Positions 31,270 to 35,696 of a stretch of DNA of 35,696 nucleotides are shown here, piece after piece; the stretch's first letter is position 1; each line of letters begins with the position of its first letter. The translations under genes and the position numbers were made by a program. Origin of the DNA: Oceanicoccus sp. (lineage in GTDB: Bacteria; Patescibacteriota; Gracilibacteria; UBA1369; 2-02-FULL-48-14); assembly GCA_047635955.1 (NCBI GenBank), contig JBLIGW010000003.1, positions 1 through 35,696 of the forward strand. Direction: 5' to 3'. The notes under the pieces were generated by a model. It worked only from the letters and a program-made list of their open reading frames with translations, did no database searches and was not told the DNA's origin.

Positions 31270-32493
31270 ATGAATCTTAAAACACTACTACTAGCTGGAG
31301 TAATAGCGTGCAACAGTCCTCAACCGACTGACGCACCTTTATCAGAACAAATTGAAGTCCCACAAGCAGCTCCACTTTCCTTTACACTTGGAGGTGTCAC
31401 TTTTGATATGGGCACAGAATCTGGAATGAATTCCGACCAAAGAAAAGAATTGATTGAAAAAGCAACTTCTGCCTACGAAAAGCTTCTCGAGCATTTTGGC
31501 ACTGAGCTAATGAGCTCACTTTACGTAAAGACAGTCAAAGTGCAAAAAGTCGAATCTAACTCTTTCAAAGCAAGAATCAACCCTCAACCCTGTAATTACA
31601 AACTTGAATTTGTAAATGAGCAATTAGTGCTTTCTATTCCTGACTCAGAACAACAAGAGCTAAAAACTTCAACTTCAAACACTTTATATGTAAACATTCT
31701 TGAAGAGGAAACTCTGCTCCATGAATTCATACATCTTTTTTTACAAGGAGGAGAAATGACCTCATTTGCATTCATGGAAGGACTAGCTCATGGCTTAACC
31801 TACCACCTCTACCCTGATAGTCATGAAGTACATGGTGAAGTAGTGGAAAGCCTTCAAAAACATCAAAACGCATGTATTAATGATGCATTCAAAAATGGGT
31901 GGGACACAAATGAATTAGACTCACAAGTATTTGAGGGCGGTGTTCAAGGTGGAATGGCATCAAGATTTTTAAGACCCTATTGGGGCTACAAATGGGCTGA
32001 ATTCTTTGAACAACACCCTAAGTTCATCACAGCCTTTTTCCGTAAACTCAGAGAAAAACGCGAACAGGGAACTATAGCCTTCACAAAAGAGCAGATCATT
32101 GAAATAGCAAGCGACGTTGAACCAGAATTTCAAGAGTGGATGTCAAACGAAGGAAGTTCTATTCAAGATCTTGAAACTCAAGAACGTGTCTTCGCAACAA
32201 AAATGGGAGAAAATATTTGGTTATTTAACTTTTCTACCACAGCAGCACAATCTGTTCTTGATGCTCAACCTCCTTGGAAAGGTGGACACATAAGTACTGC
32301 AGGGGTCTTGCAAATTCACAACAATGTAAACGGAAATGATGGCTATATCACAGGCAACCCAAGCTTTGGCTCATTAAATATGTCAGAAGATCCAGGACCA
32401 ACAACTTATGAAGTCAGAATTGGAAGAGATGGATCGATAACAAGCGTACCTTTCATGCTTGATGTAGATGGAAAATGCATGGAGCTTAATTAA
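31270..32493 (+). CDS. Lipoprotein with gluzincin-type metallopeptidase motif (cassette 1)
   Basis: Lipobox VIAC; LLHEFIH followed by downstream FMEGLA. Confidence 0.7.
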   Translation: MNLKTLLLAGVIACNSPQPTDAPLSEQIEVPQAAPLSFTLGGVTFDMGTESGMNSDQRKELIEKATSAYEKLLEHFGTELMSSLYVKTVKVQKVESNSFKARINPQPCNYKLEFVNEQLVLSIPDSEQQELKTSTSNTLYVNILEEETLLHEFIHLFLQGGEMTSFAFMEGLAHGLTYHLYPDSHEVHGEVVESLQKHQNACINDAFKNGWDTNELDSQVFEGGVQGGMASRFLRPYWGYKWAEFFEQHPKFITAFFRKLREKREQGTIAFTKEQIIEIASDVEPEFQEWMSNEGSSIQDLETQERVFATKMGENIWLFNFSTTAAQSVLDAQPPWKGGHISTAGVLQIHNNVNGNDGYITGNPSFGSLNMSEDPGPTTYEVRIGRDGSITSVPFMLDVDGKCMELN

Positions 32494-32526
32494 AACAGTT
32501 ATAATTGCGTCCAACTTGGGGAGCCA
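32493..32526 (+). repeat. att-like junction 2
   Basis: AAACAGTT-N17-GGGGAGCCA directly after the stop codon of cassette 1. Confidence 0.75.
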
Positions 32527-32660
32527 ATACTATTGTGTGTCGTATCAACTCCAACACCACATTCTCAACCTCTAATTAACAGGGAAGGTTTGTTAAATCT
32601 CGGTGAGCATCTTAACCTGATGTTGGGGTCGTAAAGCTAGTTAAGTGTGATATATAAGCT

Positions 32661-32756
32661 TTGGTTCGTATCTATCCTGGGGAGCCATACTTTTTTACAG
32701 GTTAAAAACACCCCCAAAACCGCCTACCCCTAACTGGAATGCGAAACTTTTTGCTA
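32661..32756 (+). repeat. att-like junction 3: degenerate tRNA 3' copy plus 78-bp conserved extension
   Basis: 32661-32687 matches tRNA 31146-31172 at 22/27; 32679-32756 is homologous to 35290-35371. Confidence 0.85.
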
Positions 32757-33380
32757 TTCAACTAAAATCACCTCACCATCCCTCAAAGGTTTGTAAGGGA
32801 TATTATTCTCTACACAATATTGGATTTCCTTATCAATATCTGCAGATTCAGGATGATCAGAATCATAATGTGGCAAGAAGGCATAATCAATTATGCCCAA
32901 ACCGTCCCATATGGTTTCAACACAATCTGTATATGGAAAATCATTCGGTTCATCCACAATATCCAATCCCTTCAACGAAGGTGAAAGAATACAAGCTCCA
33001 GCACTAAAAGCTCCATACACAAAATCATCTCTTTCACTTAAATCTTGAATAAGTTCGTCAAAACCAGACAGATACATAGCCTGCCGAAGCACAAAAGTAT
33101 TACCTCCACTTACCCAGAGCATATCCAGTTGATCTAGTTTTTCCTTTAATTCTGCTTTTTTACCAAAGTATTCTTTAAAATCTAGTAATTCTGGAGTGAA
33201 TCCTAAGCCCTTAAGACCTTCAAAAGCCAAGTCTCTATGGAATTTAACTTTCTCTGGATCAGCAAATGTAAAATCTAATGCATTCGGAACATAACCCACA
33301 CGTTTTTTTGTCTGTGCAAGCCATCGTTGTAGCGTTTCAGTTTCGTTCCCTAGTTTATAAGAAGATAAATAAAGCTTCAT
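32754..33380 (-). CDS. Peptidase E (S51) / class I glutamine amidotransferase-like protein (cassette 3)
   Basis: VSGGNTFVL, YGAFSAGA nucleophile, GLG...PHY. Confidence 0.88.
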   Translation of the reverse strand: MKLYLSSYKLGNETETLQRWLAQTKKRVGYVPNALDFTFADPEKVKFHRDLAFEGLKGLGFTPELLDFKEYFGKKAELKEKLDQLDMLWVSGGNTFVLRQAMYLSGFDELIQDLSERDDFVYGAFSAGACILSPSLKGLDIVDEPNDFPYTDCVETIWDGLGIIDYAFLPHYDSDHPESADIDKEIQYCVENNIPYKPLRDGEVILVE

Positions 33381-33423
33381 AGTTGAATAAAAGGTTGATA
33401 CTCAAATTCTACCATCTCCTCAC

Positions 33424-33459
33424 AAACAGTTCGAACTTCGTCCAGTATGGGGAGACCCA
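33424..33459 (+). repeat. att-like junction 4
   Basis: 33424-33454 matches 35265-35295 at 29/31; core variant GGGGAGACCCA. Confidence 0.85.
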
Positions 33460-33602
33460 TTCACGTTTGAAGTGCACCACCTAAGGATAGAGGCTAGGCA
33501 GCATGAAAACACACATATATATATTATGTTAAAGCAGAGCGGCTGGAACTCTACAACTTAACGGGCATTGACAAGTGCAAATTAATATGTTTTTATATCT
33601 AC

Positions 33603-34259
33603 ATGAGACACCAAATTTTAAGATCAAATGCTCAATTTAATGATGAGACAGACTTAATCAACTTAGTTGAAGAGGAAGGTTTTCAGGAATGGCTACTGAT
33701 AAAAGCAACAAACGATGGCTTAACTCTTTATAATAGAGAGGCTAATGATCAGCCATTTGATTGGTCGGAGACAGACCAGCAAATAAAAGTAAGCGTTCAA
33801 CAGTTTTGTTCAACAGTACATACATGGATCATTGAAGCATTTAATGAAATTTTTCAAAGTAAGCCTGAGTACCGAAGTTTAGAATTAGACCACTTTGACG
33901 TGAACTTTCTCCCATATATTGATGCATCTGACCACGAACCTGCTCCCTACACCTTTGACCACTGGCATAGAGATTCGTACAAGGAAGGAGTGTTTATGCA
34001 TTTCACCATTGGCACAAGCCAGTGTTTTACAGAAGTGATACCAGTAAATGTACAAGCAAATGAAGCTGAAGAAGTTGACGGTGAATGGTTGTTCCACGAA
34101 AGAATCAATAGTCAGGTTTCAAATGGGCAATTAGAAAAGCAGGAAGTCCCACATGGTTATGCCATTGCACTTACAATGAAGGATGTCGAAATGATCCATA
34201 GAAGAGGGGCAATACAAACAAACGGGTCAAGAATTGCAGTTAGAGTTTATTTTAAGTAA
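33603..34259 (+). CDS. Putative 2OG-Fe(II) oxygenase-like protein (cassette 4)
   Basis: WHRD (HxD), distal IHRR and terminal R in SRIAVRVYF fit a DSBH facial triad; family not certain. Confidence 0.55.
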   Translation: MRHQILRSNAQFNDETDLINLVEEEGFQEWLLIKATNDGLTLYNREANDQPFDWSETDQQIKVSVQQFCSTVHTWIIEAFNEIFQSKPEYRSLELDHFDVNFLPYIDASDHEPAPYTFDHWHRDSYKEGVFMHFTIGTSQCFTEVIPVNVQANEAEEVDGEWLFHERINSQVSNGQLEKQEVPHGYAIALTMKDVEMIHRRGAIQTNGSRIAVRVYFK

Positions 34260-34407
34260 AATGAACTTCATGCACATTGTGCACTTCCCCAAAACAGAGG
34301 GTTAGGTTGAGAGGCAAAATTGCTCACTTTCAAAGTTATAAGAAACTATGTAATGATAAGGATATGATTCCTATCACCTAGATCAAAGCTTTCAAACAAC
34401 ATTCTGT

Positions 34408-34438
34408 ACGGCAACCCAGCTGGGTTGCCGTTTAGTTT
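34408..34438 (+). terminator. Perfect 24-bp palindrome, probable terminator
   Basis: ACGGCAACCCAG-CTGGGTTGCCGT followed by TTAGTTT. Confidence 0.65.
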
Positions 34439-34509
34439 CCAAGCTTAAAAGAAAATGAATTTAAAAAAATCTGAGATCCCCCCTCTTAAGCGAGTTGAAA
34501 ACCTCACGT

Positions 34510-34556
34510 AGTTCGGAAAAGAAACAGAGTGGGGAGCCAGTATTATCTTCAGGTTA
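34510..34556 (+). repeat. att-like junction 5
   Basis: AGTTCG...(AGTT-N17)-GGGGAGCCA-N10-CAGGTTA. Confidence 0.8.
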
Positions 34557-34608
34557 AACTTGATCACCCTATCTTCAAAAATAGGCTTATTTATGGTATG
34601 ATTAAGAG

Positions 34609-35262
34609 ATGGCAATAGAAAACACACAAACCGAATGGGAAGAAAGCCTACATCGTAGTCAATCTACGCTGGATTCAGTTGACCCTGAGCAATTGCACGA
34701 AGGACCAGCTTTTGAAGCTCAAACCAAGCAAGGTGAAAAGCTCAACGTTACTACCCGATTCTACTACTTTAAAGGAATGGATTTTTCTCCGAGCGATACA
34801 CTAAAAAATGGCTTACGCCTTTACATGTTTGCTAGAGATGAAACAGGCCAAATCGTAGGAACAAGAGTCGCATCTATCTTTCAACTTAATCCAAAGACAC
34901 TTGAATGCAAAAGTAAAATTATCGTTAGAGACAAAGGTCAGGGCTTAGCATCCCCCATTGAAGAAACTTTCATCCAAACATTGCAGCACATTGCAAATAC
35001 AGAAAATAAACGCGTCATTTGGAAGGTCGAAAACCAAAATCTTGAAAAACTAGAAGCATATCGAGCTCAAGACTCAAACGATCCACTAAAGTTAGCTGGA
35101 ATGGAGGCTGAGCAAGAACGATGGCAATACTTATATGGAGAAAATGGTAAATTTGGCATCTCAAGAAATCGAAGGATCTTTATGCCAACAAAAAACGTAG
35201 ATACACCAATAAGTGACTCTCAGACAGGTATCCACGAAAAAGTAGAATCAGCAATGAGCTAG
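34609..35262 (+). CDS. Hypothetical protein, possibly GNAT-like fold (cassette 5)
   Basis: 217-aa ORF with its own promoter; KGQGLAS resembles the acetyl-CoA-binding motif A. Confidence 0.6.
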   Translation: MAIENTQTEWEESLHRSQSTLDSVDPEQLHEGPAFEAQTKQGEKLNVTTRFYYFKGMDFSPSDTLKNGLRLYMFARDETGQIVGTRVASIFQLNPKTLECKSKIIVRDKGQGLASPIEETFIQTLQHIANTENKRVIWKVENQNLEKLEAYRAQDSNDPLKLAGMEAEQERWQYLYGENGKFGISRNRRIFMPTKNVDTPISDSQTGIHEKVESAMS

Positions 35263-35264
35263 CA

Positions 35265-35371
35265 AAATAGTTCGAACTTCGTCTAGTATGGGGAGCCAAC
35301 TTCTTTTTCAGCTTACAGATACCTCCAAAACCGCCTACCCCCCCCTAACTGGAATGCAAACCTTTTTGCTA
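35265..35371 (+). repeat. att-like junction 6 with conserved extension
   Basis: Left arm nearly identical to junction 4; first 27 nt from the core match the tRNA end and downstream flank at 26/27; extension homologous to junction 3. Confidence 0.9.
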
Positions 35372-35374
35372 TGT

Positions 35375-35695
35375 TTAAGCTTTTGTCCATTTCATAATAT
35401 ACTCCTCACCCTCTCCTGTATCTTTGAGTTGTTTCACAAGAATTTCAAAGCCACACTTCTTATATACCGATCGAGCTGCAAGATTCTCCTCATCAACCGT
35501 GAGATAAACTTCACTATGCCCTTCTTGCTCCAAGTACTGAAGCATCAATTGAATGGCCTCCGTTCCATGCCCTTTCCCCCACTCACCCCTTTCACCAATA
35601 GCTAAACCAAGAAAGGTGTTTCCTGCATAATCATCTTCCCTTTTAGCATTAAAGTGAATACCACAGTTTCCAATCAATTTATCTCCTTCCACCTT
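35375..35695 (-). CDS. GNAT N-acetyltransferase (RimJ/RimL-like), 5'-partial (cassette 6)
   Basis: LIGNCGI, WGKGHGTEA, N.AARSVYKKCGF; frame open to the window edge. Confidence 0.9.
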   Translation of the reverse strand, partial: KVEGDKLIGNCGIHFNAKREDDYAGNTFLGLAIGERGEWGKGHGTEAIQLMLQYLEQEGHSEVYLTVDEENLAARSVYKKCGFEILVKQLKDTGEGEEYIMKWTKA

Positions 35696-35696
35696 A

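Larger units (their letters stand above)
31164..35696. mobile_element. tRNA-Asn-anchored tandem gene-cassette array (island), continues past right edge
   Basis: tRNA 3'-end core GGGGAG(CCA) recurs at 31164, 32518, 32679, 33449, 34531 and 35290, always intergenic and in the same orientation, with conserved flanking motifs. Confidence 0.85.

Noticed and set aside
31164-35371. CRISPR array interpretation of the recurring GGGGAGCCA repeats
   Set aside because: Spacing is 161-1354 bp and irregular, the units contain whole genes, the repeats are degenerate and no cas genes are present.
35288-35605. Plus-strand 105-aa ORF starting in junction 6 (also 34445..34627)
   Set aside because: Antisense to well-supported genes and runs through repeat DNA; no protein-like features.
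31164-35696. Classical integron attC sites or a prophage
   Set aside because: No RYYYAAC...GTTRRRY palindromic attC structure, no intI and no phage genes are visible.

Overview
AT-rich bacterial chromosomal window using the standard genetic code (TGA used as stop). The gene set, compact intergenics and lack of Shine-Dalgarno motifs suggest a CPR/Patescibacteria genome, possibly Peregrinibacteria-like (inference only). Bases 1-31,000 are mostly core and accessory genes: a partial large repetitive surface protein, a pilT operon, CIRCE-controlled groESL, rny with a probable upstream 6S-like RNA, a lamin-tail-domain protein, an oxidative-stress cluster (trxB, sodN/sodX, bcp, thioredoxin lipoprotein, msrB), pepA, ppa, gpmI, nnrD, gmk and ssb. 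The most unusual feature starts at tRNA-Asn(GTT) (31098-31172) and runs off the right edge. It is a tandem array of compact, integrase-free, mostly single-gene cassettes, each bounded by a ~50-bp site built on the tRNA 3' end (AGTT-N17-GGGGAGCCA-N10-CAGGTTA). The left arm of these sites encodes a conserved WLPxLxxxRT-like peptide on the minus strand. This looks like an integron-like, tRNA-anchored cassette system serviced in trans, plausibly by a large serine recombinase not visible in this window. Other signals: a WAACC motif in the SD position of many genes, several leaderless promoters, degenerate conserved residues in RNase Y and GroEL, and two unexplained long hairpins flanking gmk.
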